Origin: Callorhinchus milii
Taxonomy: Eukaryota
NCBI RefSeq assembly: GCF_018977255.1
Contig: NW_024704742.1
Span: forward strand, 31,436,001-31,500,000
Direction: 5' to 3'
Length of the DNA stretch: 64,000 nucleotides
Shown: one piece after another, positions 63,331-64,000 of the stretch
Layout: each line of letters opens with the position of its first letter
How positions within the stretch are numbered: position 1 is the first letter of the stretch
The notes under the pieces: generated by a model
Databases searched by the model: none
Told to the model about the DNA's origin: nothing
The model's input: only the letters and a program-made list of their open reading frames with translations
Program-made: the position numbers and the translations under genes

Positions 63331-63597
63331 TCTCTTGGAGGGCAATATTTCGGGTATTTCTGTAAGGTGCGGTCATTGGAAAGTCAATGGAAATTTTCAA
63401 AACTTATCACTTTCAAGCTGTGACCAGCACAAGAAGTTCTACATCACATTCTGCCCACACACGTACCTCAGCATGTGATCCCGACTGACTCGTGCCTAAA
63501 CTGCTGCACATACAGCTCAGAGTATTTATTTCCCAGCTCAGCAGCCACTAATCATCAGACCAGTCAGTCCACAGCTCGCTCTATGGTTCCTCCAACA

Positions 63598-63915
63598 TAA
63601 TAATAACAATCCTTGGACTTATTATAGCTCCTGAAGCACCTCAAAGCACTTCACAGGTAATTGTGGTCAAATGTAGCCAAACGCAACAGAAAAATTATCC
63701 ACACCAAAGTCCCATGAAGTAAATAGCCATTCATCTGGAGAACTGCTGGTCAGTACAAACTCTTCACTTTTAGAATATTTCTATGGGGTCTTTGTCACCC
63801 ACCTACAGAGGCACACTGGAGTGCCAGCCTGGATTGTGAGCTCAAACACAGATACAGGGCTTGAGCCCACAACCTTCTGACTCAGAGGCAAAGGGTTACC
63901 ACCTGAGCCAGACTG
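63598..63915 (-). mobile_element. SINE family B, degenerate
   Basis: GGGCTTGAGCCCACAACCTTCTGACTCAGAGG..CTGAGCCAGACTGA head. Confidence 0.75.
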
Positions 63916-64000
63916 ATCCATTTGAATCATTAACACTGAAATAGGTGTGATATCCTTAACATTCCACTTCTTTTATTTACAACTTGGGATTTTGACTGGG

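Noticed and set aside
1..64000. Recurrent ~40-nt motif (ATAATCCTTGCATTTGATATAGCGC...) as a CRISPR-like or regulatory array
   Set aside because: Dispersed on both strands with irregular spacing and always part of SINE/L2 tails; no cas genes; eukaryotic context.

Overview
Vertebrate genomic DNA, most likely a cartilaginous fish (possibly a chimaera); the taxon is inferred from the repeat content only. I found no host exon, structural RNA gene, CRISPR array or prokaryotic feature. The window is intergenic or intronic and heavily filled with transposons. It contains (i) L2-clade LINE fragments with (TTG)n tails, including two RT-containing copies; (ii) CR1 LINE fragments, including a 2.3-kb copy with ORF1 (Zn/leucine-zipper plus SGNH esterase) and an internally deleted ORF2; (iii) dozens of tRNA-headed SINEs sharing an L2-like tail, plus a third older SINE; (iv) Penelope-like remnants with degenerate hammerhead cores; and (v) several MITE families (hAT-like, Tigger-like, unnamed foldbacks). 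TE-free islands rich in Pbx-Hox/Meis/Fox motifs are candidate conserved enhancers. Nearly all listed ORFs are TE-derived or chance. I cannot support a wholly new biological system. The most interesting signals are mechanistic: an L2 with twin-priming-type 5' inversion geometry, covariation in the shared LINE/SINE 3' stem-loop, a nested L2 producing a chimeric ORF, a microhomology deletion in CR1, and multi-copy foldback families. Boundaries were read by eye and may be off by tens of bases for old repeats.
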